A stretch of 64,000 bases of DNA from positions 16,865 to 80,864 of IMG/VR virus record IMGVR_UViG_3300034954_001540, one strand, 5' to 3'. The notes beneath the pieces are model-generated. The model searched no databases. It was not told where the DNA came from and worked only from the letters and a program-made list of their open reading frames with translations. Shown one piece after another: positions 46,922 to 57,205 of this stretch; the first letter of the stretch is position 1; each line of letters starts with the position of its first letter. Both the position numbers and the translations under genes were made by a program. This DNA comes from a virus.

Positions 46922-47306
46922 CGGCGATACTATTGATGTCACCATTGATCTTGGGTTTGACTTATACAAGAAAGAAAGAGTTAGAGTTGCAGGCGTTGAT
47001 ACGCCAGAAAAAAGGACAAGGGATCTCGAAGAAAAGGAGTTAGGCATTGACGCAACCAACTGGCTCAAAGAAAAACTGGAAGGTGCCATTTCTGGTGACG
47101 ATGACCTTGTTATTAGGACTGAACTTGTTGGCGGGGTTGGCAAATATGGGCGTCTTCTTGGCTGGTTATACATTGGGGATGCAGAGTTGTCCCTTAATGA
47201 AGCAATGATTGAAGAGGGATATGCTTGGGCATATGATGGAGGCACCAAACAAAAAGACTTTGAAGAATTGAGAGAGATCAGGAGGGCGCACGGAACGCTG
47301 GTGTGA
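46848..47306 (+). CDS. Thermonuclease (SNase-like) family endonuclease
   Basis: VLDGDTID, RVAGVDTPE and KYGRLLG motifs. Confidence 0.85.
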   Translation: MGAMTPPSRKSCYTFRVTEINRVLDGDTIDVTIDLGFDLYKKERVRVAGVDTPEKRTRDLEEKELGIDATNWLKEKLEGAISGDDDLVIRTELVGGVGKYGRLLGWLYIGDAELSLNEAMIEEGYAWAYDGGTKQKDFEELREIRRAHGTLV

Positions 47307-47914
47307 TGGATATAATTAAGTATGATCAGGTGATGGTGATTGATGACCTCTTCACATCAGAAGAGGTAGAGATGATGGATACATATTTCACTTACTTTGA
47401 CGGGTGGCAACTTATCTTTGATGACAGTCCCGACGACAACCTTTCAACCTTCTCTTTGGGAAGAGCAATCGACCACCCCAACTATGGGGAGTTTGATTAT
47501 TTCTGTAAAAACCATGCATTTCAACGCGCTGGGATTCCCATTCCTGCATTTCATAGAGTCGTTTATAATGCTTTCCGTTTTGGTGATAGTCCTTCTATCC
47601 ACTGTGACGGAGAATCTTTAGACGCAATTAGTTTCCTTGTTTACTGTAACAAGGAGTGGAAACCTGAGTGGGGCGGTGAGACCGTCTTCATGAATGGTGA
47701 CCGAATCACAGATACAGTCATTCCAAAACCAGGAAGGGTTGTAGTATTTCCAGGACTTGTCCCACATGGAGGCAAAGCACCAACAAAACATTGTCCTGTC
47801 GCTGCTAGGTATAGTGCAGTCTTTCAATACTGTCCTGGTCAGGAAGATGTTGTAGAAGCACACGCAGCGGTGCAAGAAAAAAACAGGAGACCATTCCCGT
47901 ATGAGCCAAAATGA
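47306..47914 (+). CDS. 2OG-Fe(II) oxygenase
   Basis: HCD, W..EWGGET.F, PKPGRVVVF...PH and RYS motifs. Confidence 0.88.
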   Translation: MDIIKYDQVMVIDDLFTSEEVEMMDTYFTYFDGWQLIFDDSPDDNLSTFSLGRAIDHPNYGEFDYFCKNHAFQRAGIPIPAFHRVVYNAFRFGDSPSIHCDGESLDAISFLVYCNKEWKPEWGGETVFMNGDRITDTVIPKPGRVVVFPGLVPHGGKAPTKHCPVAARYSAVFQYCPGQEDVVEAHAAVQEKNRRPFPYEPK

Positions 47915-49568
47915 TATCTATCTAGGTAATCCTAACCTAAAGAGAGCTAACGTTTCACAGAATTTCACCGATCAGCAGGTGGAGGAGTTTGTCAAGTGCT
48001 CACAGGATCCTGTCTACTTTATTAAAAACTACATCCAGATTATCTCGCTGGACCGTGGTCTGATTCCGTTTGAGTTGTATGACTTCCAATCGGACATGGT
48101 GAATAAGTTTCATGCAAATAGATTCAACATTGCAAAACTTCCTCGTCAGTCTGGAAAGTCAACAGTTGTTACAGCATACTTGCTTTGGTATTGTCTATTC
48201 AACGATAATGTAAACATTGCCATCCTTGCTAACAAGGCAGCGACGGCACGAGAGATGCTACAACGTCTGCAACTATCATATGAAAACCTCCCCAACTGGC
48301 TCCAGCAAGGAGTCGTCAACTGGAACCGAGGCAGTTTGGAATTGGAGAATGGAAGCAAAATCATGGCTGCTTCTACTTCGGCTTCTGCTGTGCGGGGTAT
48401 GTCTTTTAATATCATATTCTTGGATGAATTTGCATTCATCCCAACGCATATTGCTGACGAGTTCTTTAGCTCTGTTTATCCTACTATTTCTTCTGGTAAA
48501 TCAACCAAGGTGATTATCATCTCCACGCCCAAGGGGATGAATATGTTTTACAAACTCTGGCATGATGCAGAGAAGGGCAAGAATGAATACGTTACTACAG
48601 AAGTCCACTGGTCAGAGGTGCCAGGTAGAGACGCGGACTGGAAAGAGCAGACGATTCGTAATACATCTGAAGAGCAGTTTAATCAGGAATTTGAATGCGA
48701 ATTCCTAGGATCGGTTAACACTCTCATTACATCATCTAAACTAAAAACTTTGGTATACGATGATCCTTTGAAGTCCAATCAAGGACTAGATGTGTATGAA
48801 GAGCCGAAACCCGATCATACTTATGTATGTACAGTTGACGTTGCTCGTGGTATTACTAAAGACTACTCAGCATTTTGTATTATTGACACCACAGAGATTC
48901 CGTATAAGTTGGTAGCGAAGTATAGAAACAATAAAATTAAACCACTACTATTCCCAAACATCATTCATCAGGTATGCTCAAGTTATAATCATGCATTCAC
49001 TCTGATTGAAGTCAATGATATTGGTGGACAGGTAGCAGACATCATGCAGTTTGATCTGGAGTATGACAACCTGCTGATGTGCTCCATGCGTGGACGTGCT
49101 GGTCAGGTTGTGGGTCAGGGATTCTCTGGATCTAAGGTGCAACTAGGTGTCAAGATGTCCACCACAGTCAAGAAGACTGGGTGTGCAAACATGAAACAGT
49201 TGATTGAAGATGACAAACTTATCTTTAATGACTATGATATCATTGCAGAGTTGACCACATTCATTCAGAAGGGTCAGGCATGGGAAGCAGAAGAGGGATG
49301 TAATGATGACCTCTCTATGTGTCTGGTAATCTTCTCATGGTTGGCAACAACAGATTACTTCAGAGAGTTACATGACAATGATGTCAGGACTAGAATGTAT
49401 CTGGAGCAGAAAGAAGCAATCGAAGCAGACATGGCACCCTTTGGATTCATGGATGATGGTCTCGGTGAAGAGACATTTACAGATCCACAGGGACAGACAT
49501 GGCATAATGCAGAAAGAGAATCAATCGCTGACTATGGTGATATGTCATATATGTGGGACTATCGATGA
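47901..49568 (+). CDS. g17: Terminase large subunit gp17
   Basis: YLGNPNLK, PRQSGKST Walker A, FLDEFAF Walker B and DDL nuclease motif. Confidence 0.96.
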   Translation: MSQNDIYLGNPNLKRANVSQNFTDQQVEEFVKCSQDPVYFIKNYIQIISLDRGLIPFELYDFQSDMVNKFHANRFNIAKLPRQSGKSTVVTAYLLWYCLFNDNVNIAILANKAATAREMLQRLQLSYENLPNWLQQGVVNWNRGSLELENGSKIMAASTSASAVRGMSFNIIFLDEFAFIPTHIADEFFSSVYPTISSGKSTKVIIISTPKGMNMFYKLWHDAEKGKNEYVTTEVHWSEVPGRDADWKEQTIRNTSEEQFNQEFECEFLGSVNTLITSSKLKTLVYDDPLKSNQGLDVYEEPKPDHTYVCTVDVARGITKDYSAFCIIDTTEIPYKLVAKYRNNKIKPLLFPNIIHQVCSSYNHAFTLIEVNDIGGQVADIMQFDLEYDNLLMCSMRGRAGQVVGQGFSGSKVQLGVKMSTTVKKTGCANMKQLIEDDKLIFNDYDIIAELTTFIQKGQAWEAEEGCNDDLSMCLVIFSWLATTDYFRELHDNDVRTRMYLEQKEAIEADMAPFGFMDDGLGEETFTDPQGQTWHNAERESIADYGDMSYMWDYR

Positions 49569-49699
49569 AAGAAAGAGAGCCTTGGGAGTCACCCCTAGAT
49601 GACGAGGAATGGGCACCAGTCCAAGAACCTGGTGATATTGATTTTGAAAAAGAAGAAGTGATGAAACTGAAGTTTAGTGATTATAAAGGAAACCCATGA
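49565..49699 (+). CDS. Small acidic hypothetical protein (44 aa, not in the ORF track)
   Basis: MKEREPWESPLDDEEW...; ATGA overlaps at both ends fill the gap exactly. Confidence 0.55.
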   Translation: MKEREPWESPLDDEEWAPVQEPGDIDFEKEEVMKLKFSDYKGNP

Positions 49700-49923
49700 A
49701 TCTCGAAGAAGATTTTGAGCTAGAAGAGTTTCTATTTGTAGATAGGCAGTGCCGTAAGTGTCTTCGCACTCTCACCTTGGTTGATCATTTTTACAAGACA
49801 AGACCTGATAGAGGTAAGAATATGTCAGCCTATTCTTATATCTGCAAGCAATGCACAGTGAAACGCAATGCTGCTTATAGAAAGAAGAAGCGGCAATGGA
49901 TTACAGATTATCCTGACTGGTGA
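49696..49923 (+). CDS. Small CxxC-CxxC zinc-binding protein
   Basis: CRKC...FY...YSYICKQC...YPDW. Confidence 0.75.
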   Translation: MNLEEDFELEEFLFVDRQCRKCLRTLTLVDHFYKTRPDRGKNMSAYSYICKQCTVKRNAAYRKKKRQWITDYPDW

Positions 49924-49959
49924 TTACGTCTTGTTTACCCTCTGAAAATACTCCTTATT

Positions 49960-49966
49960 CTAAATA
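49960..49966 (+). promoter_or_regulatory. T4-like late promoter (CTAAATA)
   Basis: Upstream of g18 and its AGGAG RBS. Confidence 0.7.
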
Positions 49967-50005
49967 GTTTCAGCATCCGACTAGGAATCTAATCAGGAGA
50001 ATCAA

Positions 50006-52777
50006 ATGGCATCAACACAACTTTCACCAGGGGTTGTTGTACTTGAAAGAGACCTAACCGCCGTAGCAAACGCAACAGTTGATAATGTTGCTGCTATCGT
50101 CGGTAGTTTTGAAAAAGGTCCTGTTGAGGCTCTCACCACAGTTACGAGCGAGCGTGAGCTCCTCGCTATCTTCGGCAGACCCAACGAGTATAACTACGAG
50201 TACTGGTTTACCGCAGCACAATTTTTGCTGTATGGCGGCACCTTGAAGGTGGTCCGCGCAATGAATTCATCGCTTAAGAATGCGATTGACACAGCACAAT
50301 TCATTGTTACTACTTTTACTAGCACTGACACCACACTGTCAGTAGGGTCAGCAACTGATATCGACGTTAACGATCTGCTCCTCGTGGACGCAGAATTGTT
50401 GGTCGTCCAAGCAGTTTCTGGTAACGACGTTACTGTCCTCCGTGGTCAACTTGCAACATCTGCTGCATCTCACGCTGCTGCTGCACCTATCACTCTTATC
50501 GAGCCTGCAGGCACCAGCTCTACAATCAACGAAGGATCTACCTTCACTGATTCAGATACAACTTTGACCGTGACCTCTGCTACCACTCTTGCTGGTGGCA
50601 CCAACTCTTACATTAGAGTTGACGACGAGATCATGCAGATCACTGGTGTTTCTGGTAATAACCTTAACGTGAGTCGTGGTCTTCTCGGCACAACTGCTTC
50701 GGCACACACCGATGGATCTACTGTTACTCTCCAGACTGTTACTGCTCAGAAAACTGAGATCAACGAAACAACAGCAACTGGTGTTAGTGCTCCTCTCATC
50801 AAGAATGATGACGAGTATGAAACAAACGTTGAGACTGCTGCAAACAACTGGAAGTGGGCTGCTAAGTCTGCTGGTGAGTTTGGTAACTCCATCCGCGTGG
50901 TGATGACCGACGCTGGTGCTGATCAGGTCTTGTCTCTGGCACAACCTACTAGCACTGAGTGGCAATTCACTGCTGGTGCTGAGGTTGCATACTCTGCTGC
51001 TAACATCTACGGTAAGGTTTACTCCTACGACACAATCGTCACTCTGACTGACGACAGCACATTGGTTGGATCCTTTGAGAAGGACAACTACATTACTGCT
51101 GTTAGTGGTGGTGTTACTGGTCGCGTTGTTGCTTGGGATCCTGAGACTCGTTTCCTAGAAATCGCTATCGATTCTTCCTCTGCTGACGTGTTGGAAATTG
51201 GTGATACCATTTCTGAGTTGGCAAACAATAGCAACACTCCTGGTAGTGCAACTGGTGACGCTGGTACTGTTGAGGCAATCCGCAGAGAGTTGAGAGTTTC
51301 TCTCAATCCTGGCTCTCCTACATTCCAAGCAAACCAGAATGTCGCTGACGCAAACGCAACTACTGTGTTGATCGCAGCAGTTGAGAATGACTACGACACC
51401 CGTCTTTATGGTGTGAATCAGCGTTGGGCATCTATTGCTCCCCGTCCTACTACATCCGCATGGGTGGAAGACAGAGGCGGTTATAACGACCTGATGCACA
51501 TCTTGGTCCTTGATGGTGACGGCAAACTGACTGGCACACCTGGCGCTCTCCTTGAGAAGCACCTCAACGTGTCTAAGGCATCTGATGCTAAGTCTCCTCA
51601 GGGTGACAACATCTATTACAAGAACCAGATCAAAACATATTCCCAGTATCTGTATTGGGGATCCCACGAGACTAACAACATCTATGATCGTGACAGCAAC
51701 GCCTCTGGCGGTTTCGGTCTGAGTGGTGTTAACAGAGAGTTTGACTTGATTAAGTCTGACAACTCCCTTAACAACCTTGATGATCCTACTGGTCTCAACC
51801 CCCTCGCTGTGCCTCTGGTTGGCACAAAGGGTCGCGCAACTCTGCGCTTCGCTCTCCAAGGTGGCGTTGATGGTTACACCGTCTCACGTCCTAACATCCT
51901 TGGTGCATACAGCCTCTTCAATGATGCTGAGACGGTCCAACTGGATTACATCCTGATGGGTCCTTCGATGAGTACCTTGAATGATACTATCGCTAAGGCG
52001 CAACATATCATTGGTATTGCAGATTCTCGTAAGGATTGTATCGCTTTCATCTCGCCTTACCGCGCTGATGTTGTCGGTCAACCTGCTGTTTCGACCATCG
52101 TCTCCCGCACTGTTGAATACTTCGATCAACTCGGATCTTCTTCTTATACTGTCTTCGATAACAACTACAAGTATATCTACGACAAGTATAACGACGTTTA
52201 TCGTTACATCCCTTGTAACGCTGACTTGGCAGGTCTGGTCCTGAGCACAACATTGAATCAAGAGCCTTGGTTCTCTCCCGCAGGTTTCAACCGTGGTAGC
52301 CTCAGAAATGCTATTAAACTGGCATACTCACCTCTGAAGGATCACAGAGATCTGCTCTACGCAGCAAGAGTTAACCCCATCGTTGCATTCCCTGGTCAGG
52401 GTATGATTCTCTTCGGAGACAAGACTGCATTGGGTTACCAATCTGCATTCGACAGAATCAACGTCCGCAGACTCTTCCTCGTTATCGAAGAAGCAATCTC
52501 TGACGCTGCTAAGACTCAACTCTTCGAGTTGAATGACGAGTTTACTCGCCAACAATTCAAGAATATCGTTGAGCCTTACTTGAGATCTGTCCAATCACGT
52601 CGTGGTATTGTTGACTTCTTGGTTGTCTGTGATGGCACCAACAACCCTGCAGACGCAATCGACCGTGGTGAATTCTACGCTGAGATCTTTGTGAAACCCA
52701 CAAGATCCATCAACTTCATCACCTTGACCTTCACGGCAACAAGGACTGGCGCTAGCTTCACCGAGCTCGTTTCCTGA
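50006..52777 (+). CDS. g18: Tail sheath protein gp18 (with insertion domains)
   Basis: SPGV.V.E.DL, PWFSPAG..RG, FDRINVRRLF and KP.RSINFI.L.F.ATRTG motifs. Confidence 0.96.
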   Translation: MASTQLSPGVVVLERDLTAVANATVDNVAAIVGSFEKGPVEALTTVTSERELLAIFGRPNEYNYEYWFTAAQFLLYGGTLKVVRAMNSSLKNAIDTAQFIVTTFTSTDTTLSVGSATDIDVNDLLLVDAELLVVQAVSGNDVTVLRGQLATSAASHAAAAPITLIEPAGTSSTINEGSTFTDSDTTLTVTSATTLAGGTNSYIRVDDEIMQITGVSGNNLNVSRGLLGTTASAHTDGSTVTLQTVTAQKTEINETTATGVSAPLIKNDDEYETNVETAANNWKWAAKSAGEFGNSIRVVMTDAGADQVLSLAQPTSTEWQFTAGAEVAYSAANIYGKVYSYDTIVTLTDDSTLVGSFEKDNYITAVSGGVTGRVVAWDPETRFLEIAIDSSSADVLEIGDTISELANNSNTPGSATGDAGTVEAIRRELRVSLNPGSPTFQANQNVADANATTVLIAAVENDYDTRLYGVNQRWASIAPRPTTSAWVEDRGGYNDLMHILVLDGDGKLTGTPGALLEKHLNVSKASDAKSPQGDNIYYKNQIKTYSQYLYWGSHETNNIYDRDSNASGGFGLSGVNREFDLIKSDNSLNNLDDPTGLNPLAVPLVGTKGRATLRFALQGGVDGYTVSRPNILGAYSLFNDAETVQLDYILMGPSMSTLNDTIAKAQHIIGIADSRKDCIAFISPYRADVVGQPAVSTIVSRTVEYFDQLGSSSYTVFDNNYKYIYDKYNDVYRYIPCNADLAGLVLSTTLNQEPWFSPAGFNRGSLRNAIKLAYSPLKDHRDLLYAARVNPIVAFPGQGMILFGDKTALGYQSAFDRINVRRLFLVIEEAISDAAKTQLFELNDEFTRQQFKNIVEPYLRSVQSRRGIVDFLVVCDGTNNPADAIDRGEFYAEIFVKPTRSINFITLTFTATRTGASFTELVS

Positions 52778-52823
52778 TAACTTCATCCATCTAACCTCAT
52801 AAACATCGGAGTACTTCACCAAA

Positions 52824-53501
52824 ATGGCTGACAAATACCCAGGGCAGACAGAAGGCAAGATGGTCAATGCACCTATTCTTGACTTCAGAAACAGAATCGG
52901 GGATCTCGCCCGCCCCAACCTTTTCCAAGTGGAAATCGGTTTCCCATCTATCGTTGATGAAGGCACCCCCGCATCGGGTGCCACACCTGGATCTCAAGAG
53001 AAGCGTCAGCAGGAATCTGCTGGTGCTTCCCAAGCAGGATCATCCGCATCTTCTGGATCTCTCGCTACTTTCCTTGTGAAGGCAGCAAACATTCCCGCTT
53101 CTACAGTGGGTGTGATCGAGGTCCCTTACAGAGGTAGGACTCTTAAGATCGCTGGTGACAGAACCTTTGAGCCTTGGACAGTTACTGTCCTTAACGACAA
53201 AGGATTCGCACTGCGCTCTAAGTTTGAAGAGTGGTCCACTAAGATCCAAAACCTTCAGCAAAACTTGCAAACCCCTCGCACCATTGGCGAATATCAGTCT
53301 AGCGCACTTGTGCGTCAGTATGATAGACAAGGCGGAGTGGTCAGATCGTATCAGTTTGTTGGCATTTGGCCTTCAAACATCAGTGCAATCGACCTTGCTT
53401 GGGATAGCAACGATACTCCTGAAGAGTACACTGTTGAATTCCAGGTTCAGTACTGGACATACGCTAACGATAACAACGCAGGTAACTCTGTAGACGGTTA
53501 A
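52824..53501 (+). CDS. g19: Tail tube protein gp19
   Basis: ARPNLF.V, YRGR.LKIAGDRTF.PW.VT and IDL.WD...EE..V motifs. Confidence 0.95.
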   Translation: MADKYPGQTEGKMVNAPILDFRNRIGDLARPNLFQVEIGFPSIVDEGTPASGATPGSQEKRQQESAGASQAGSSASSGSLATFLVKAANIPASTVGVIEVPYRGRTLKIAGDRTFEPWTVTVLNDKGFALRSKFEEWSTKIQNLQQNLQTPRTIGEYQSSALVRQYDRQGGVVRSYQFVGIWPSNISAIDLAWDSNDTPEEYTVEFQVQYWTYANDNNAGNSVDG

Positions 53502-53511
53502 ATTTAAGGCG

Positions 53512-53519
53512 TATAAATA
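53512..53519 (+). promoter_or_regulatory. T4 late promoter (TATAAATA)
   Basis: Perfect consensus upstream of g20. Confidence 0.8.
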
Positions 53520-53544
53520 ATTGATAATGTATAGGGACAGTTGA

Positions 53545-55179
53545 ATGTCACAACTATTTGGTTATTCCCTAGATCGAAAGAAAGGGAAGGGCTCTGAAAA
53601 GGGTCCTTCTTTCGTGCATAAAGATTCGGATGATGCCGCGCAACCCATTGTTGCTGGTGGTTATTTCGGACAGTATGTTGATCTGGGGGACGCAGCAAAC
53701 AAAGCTAGCGATGTAGATCTTATCGGTAGATACCGTGAGATGTCACTGCATCCTGAGGCAGATGCTGCCATCAATGATATCGTGAATGAGGCAATCGCTG
53801 GAGATCTTGACGATCACCCTGTTGATATTGAGCTTTCTAATCTAAAAGTGTCTGACTCTGTTAAGACACGCATCCGCGAGGAGTTTGAGAATGTTCTCAG
53901 TCTCCTCGATTTTGATAGAAAGGCGTATGATATCTTCCGCAGATGGTATATCGACGGTCGCCTCTTCTACCACAAAATGATTAACCCTGATAATCCTAAG
54001 GAAGGGATTACAGAGTTGAGGTATATTGATCCTCGTAAAATCAAGAAAGTTATTGAATACGATAAACCCAAGGATCGGGTATCACCTGCAGATCCTCAGG
54101 TAAACGTATTGATTCCTAAGGCAGTTGAGTATTATATTTACTCCCCTAAGGGACTCAGAGGTTACGAAAATAACGGTATCAAAATTGCACCTGATGCAAT
54201 CTGTTTTGCACACTCAGGTCAACTTGATATGCAGCGCAACTATGTGCTGTCACACCTCCACAAAGCAATTAAGGCACTCAATCAGCTGAGAATGATTGAG
54301 GATTCCTTGGTTATCTACAGATTATCCCGCGCACCTGAGCGTAGAATTTTCTACATTGACGTGGGTAATCTACCCAAACAAAAGGCTGAGCAATACCTCC
54401 GTGAGGTGATGTCTCGCTATAGAAACAAACTTGTATACAATGCAGACACAGGGGAAATCCGAGACGACAAAAAATTCATGTCGATGCTCGAAGACTTCTG
54501 GCTCCCAAGAAGGGAAGGCGGAAGAGGCACTGAGATCACTACGCTCCCAGGTGGACAAAATCTTGGAGAGCTTGAGGACGTAAAGTATTTCCAGAAGAAA
54601 CTTTACAGATCACTCAACGTGCCAGAGTCACGTTTGGAATCTGACTCTTCCTTTAACGTTGGTAGATCCGCAGAGATCACCCGCGATGAAGTTAAATTCC
54701 AAAAATTCGTCGTTAGACTCCGCAAGAAGTTTGCAGATCTCTTCAATGATCTGCTTAAGACTCAACTTATTCTGAAGGGTGTCTTCACTCATGAGGAATG
54801 GGAAGATGCTAAAGAGCACATCCAGTATGACTTCATTGCTGACAACTACTTCTCCGAGCTGAAAGAGCAGGAGATCATGAATGCACGCATGGCACTGCTG
54901 CAGCAGATGGATCCTTTTGTGGGTCGTTACTTCTCGCTGGAGTATATGCGTCGTCAGATCTTGAAGCAACCCGATGCCCTGTTTAAGGAAGTCGATAAGC
55001 AGATGGAGAAAGAGATCGCGGAAGGAAAAGTCATGGATCCTATGGCAATGCCAGCCATGGAGCACGAGCAAATGGCAATGCAACTCCAACCTGAGCCAGT
55101 TGATCCTCAGCAGCAAGCGATGGATCAATACGCGGAGCAGGGCATCGATCCTGCGGATCGTAAAAAAGGAGATTTCTAA
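53545..55179 (+). CDS. g20: Portal protein gp20
   Basis: IYRLSRAPERRIFYIDVGNLP and EDFWLPRREGGRGTEI motifs. Confidence 0.97.
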   Translation: MSQLFGYSLDRKKGKGSEKGPSFVHKDSDDAAQPIVAGGYFGQYVDLGDAANKASDVDLIGRYREMSLHPEADAAINDIVNEAIAGDLDDHPVDIELSNLKVSDSVKTRIREEFENVLSLLDFDRKAYDIFRRWYIDGRLFYHKMINPDNPKEGITELRYIDPRKIKKVIEYDKPKDRVSPADPQVNVLIPKAVEYYIYSPKGLRGYENNGIKIAPDAICFAHSGQLDMQRNYVLSHLHKAIKALNQLRMIEDSLVIYRLSRAPERRIFYIDVGNLPKQKAEQYLREVMSRYRNKLVYNADTGEIRDDKKFMSMLEDFWLPRREGGRGTEITTLPGGQNLGELEDVKYFQKKLYRSLNVPESRLESDSSFNVGRSAEITRDEVKFQKFVVRLRKKFADLFNDLLKTQLILKGVFTHEEWEDAKEHIQYDFIADNYFSELKEQEIMNARMALLQQMDPFVGRYFSLEYMRRQILKQPDALFKEVDKQMEKEIAEGKVMDPMAMPAMEHEQMAMQLQPEPVDPQQQAMDQYAEQGIDPADRKKGDF

Positions 55180-55202
55180 ATAGTATTATTGAATTCTAAA
55201 TA
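55176..55202 (+). promoter_or_regulatory. Tandem late promoters (CTAAATA x2, 20 bp apart)
   Basis: 55176-55182 (overlapping the g20 stop) and 55196-55202. Confidence 0.6.
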
Positions 55203-55205
55203 ATC

Positions 55206-55454
55206 ATGCCTACACAATCTGCGCTTGAGATAGTCAACGCATTGTTTGCAGGTCAAAAAGACCTTTCAGATTATGTGGACGCCGCTATGAAAACCGTAGC
55301 AGTGGATCAAATTGACGCAAAGAAACAAGAAATCGGATCCTCCATGTTTAAGGAGCCCGAGGAAACACCTGAAGTCGAAGCATCTGCAGAGACTGAAGTA
55401 ACTGATACACCACCAGAGGAAACTACAGATGAAACTGATCAGGGAGGAGATTGA
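55206..55454 (+). CDS. Small acidic prohead core protein (gp67/68-like position)
   Basis: Acidic protein between g20 and g21. Confidence 0.65.
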   Translation: MPTQSALEIVNALFAGQKDLSDYVDAAMKTVAVDQIDAKKQEIGSSMFKEPEETPEVEASAETEVTDTPPEETTDETDQGGD

Positions 55455-56076
55455 ATCCGCTAAGGTAACAATCACTGAAGGTAAGGATGGCAAAAAGCGC
55501 CACTTTATCGAAGGTGTTTTCCTGCAGGGTGAAATCAAGAATAGAAATGGACGCATGTATCGCGCAGAAACTCTTCAGCGCGAAGTTGCTAAATACAACG
55601 AGCAATACATTTCCAAAGGTCGCGCACTAGGTGAGTTGGGTCATCCTGATGGTCCTACTATTAACCTAGATAGAGTGTCCCACCTGATTACTTCTCTGCA
55701 AAGAGAGGGTAATAACTTCGTAGGTAAGGCAAGACTTCTCGATACCCCCATGGGTAACATCGCTAAGTCCCTTCTCGATGAAGGTGTGAAACTAGGTGTA
55801 TCTTCCAGAGGTCTCGGATCTATCAAGGAAGAAGGTGGTATTAAAGTTGTCGCTGATGACTTTATGCTCGCAACTGCTGCGGATATCGTAGCAGATCCTT
55901 CCGCCCCTGACGCTTTTGTCAATGGCATTATGGAAGGAAAAGAGTGGGTTCTTGCTGGAGGCGCAATCCAAGAGCAAAGAATTGATCAAATCAAGCAAAG
56001 AATTGATAAGGCACACCGCTCTCAGTTGGATGAGATGAAACTTTCCGCGTTTCACTCCTTCATCAAAAATCTTTAA
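55429..56076 (+). CDS. g21: Prohead protease gp21
   Basis: KNRNGR.Y, GELGHP, GVSSRG.GS and D.V.DPSAP motifs. Confidence 0.96.
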   Translation: MKLIREEIESAKVTITEGKDGKKRHFIEGVFLQGEIKNRNGRMYRAETLQREVAKYNEQYISKGRALGELGHPDGPTINLDRVSHLITSLQREGNNFVGKARLLDTPMGNIAKSLLDEGVKLGVSSRGLGSIKEEGGIKVVADDFMLATAADIVADPSAPDAFVNGIMEGKEWVLAGGAIQEQRIDQIKQRIDKAHRSQLDEMKLSAFHSFIKNL

Positions 56077-56078
56077 TC

Positions 56079-56086
56079 TATAAATA
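56079..56086 (+). promoter_or_regulatory. T4 late promoter (TATAAATA)
   Basis: Perfect consensus upstream of g22. Confidence 0.8.
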
Positions 56087-56125
56087 ACTATAGCAAATAT
56101 CGCACGTTTGTACCCAGGAGACAAA

Positions 56126-57172
56126 ATGTCACAAGAGATTGAAACAACTCTGGATGAATCGAGTGTAACCGCTGGCGCAAAACCTGCTGACCCAATGCCC
56201 AAACTGGGCGCTGACGGTAGTAGTCTCGCTGGTGTGCAAGACCTCGGTGGTCCAACACCCCAAAACAGCAAACCCACTGATGACAGCAATAAGTATAAGA
56301 CTATTGCTGGTGGTAATGCCCCCGCTCCAACAACTAAGCCCTCTGATGCCTCTGGCGCTAAAGCAGAATTTGCTGCTAAGGGTGATGTGAAAGCTGGTCA
56401 CGAGCCTGAAGGCGACGTGATTGCTGAAGAGCCCGCTGAAGAAGCACAGGAGACAGTGATCGAAGTTGATCTGTCTGCCGACGTTGCTGCTCTCACAGAA
56501 GGTGAAGAACTGTCTGAGGAATTCAAAGAGAAAGCTAAGACTATCTTTGAAGCAGCGGTCGTTTCCAGAATCAACGAAGAGCTGGAGCGTATGCACGAGG
56601 ACTACGCTAAAGTCCTTGAAGAAGAAATTGAGACTGTTAAGTCCGACCTCGCAGAAAAAGTCGATGAGTATCTGACTTATGCGGTTGGTCAATGGATGTC
56701 CAAGAATGAGCTCGCCATTGAGAACGGTATTAAGACCGAGATGGCTGAGAACATGTTGACTGGTCTCAAGCAAGTTTTCGTGGAGAACTATATTGATCTC
56801 CCCGAAGAGAAAGTTGATGTCGTTGAAGAAATTCAGGCACAACTTGATACCATGGAAGCAAAACTCAACGAGTCTATTGAAGAAAATGTCGAGCTCTCTA
56901 AGAGTGTTGGCGTCTATATCAAGAATGGGATTGTGACAGAGATCGCTGAGGGACTTTCGCTCTCGCAACGCGAGAAGCTTGTCTCCCTAGCGGAAGCTGT
57001 TGAGTTTGAAAATGAAGAGTCTTTCCGTGCGAAGGTCTCTACCCTCCGTGAATCGTATTTCTCTACAAAACCTGAAGCGACTACGGTCACTGAGGATGTT
57101 GAAGTCGAGAACGCACCTACTGGCGACGCAATGGCAGCATATGCCCAAGCGATCTCCCGTTGGAGCAAATAA
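56126..57172 (+). CDS. g22: Prohead core scaffold gp22
   Basis: EEFK.KA.TIFEAAV and YL.Y....W...N motifs; AGGAG RBS before the ATG at 56126. Confidence 0.93.
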   Translation: MSQEIETTLDESSVTAGAKPADPMPKLGADGSSLAGVQDLGGPTPQNSKPTDDSNKYKTIAGGNAPAPTTKPSDASGAKAEFAAKGDVKAGHEPEGDVIAEEPAEEAQETVIEVDLSADVAALTEGEELSEEFKEKAKTIFEAAVVSRINEELERMHEDYAKVLEEEIETVKSDLAEKVDEYLTYAVGQWMSKNELAIENGIKTEMAENMLTGLKQVFVENYIDLPEEKVDVVEEIQAQLDTMEAKLNESIEENVELSKSVGVYIKNGIVTEIAEGLSLSQREKLVSLAEAVEFENEESFRAKVSTLRESYFSTKPEATTVTEDVEVENAPTGDAMAAYAQAISRWSK

Positions 57173-57205
57173 TTTTCCTTTCACTTTCAAATAAAGAGTA
57201 CTAAA

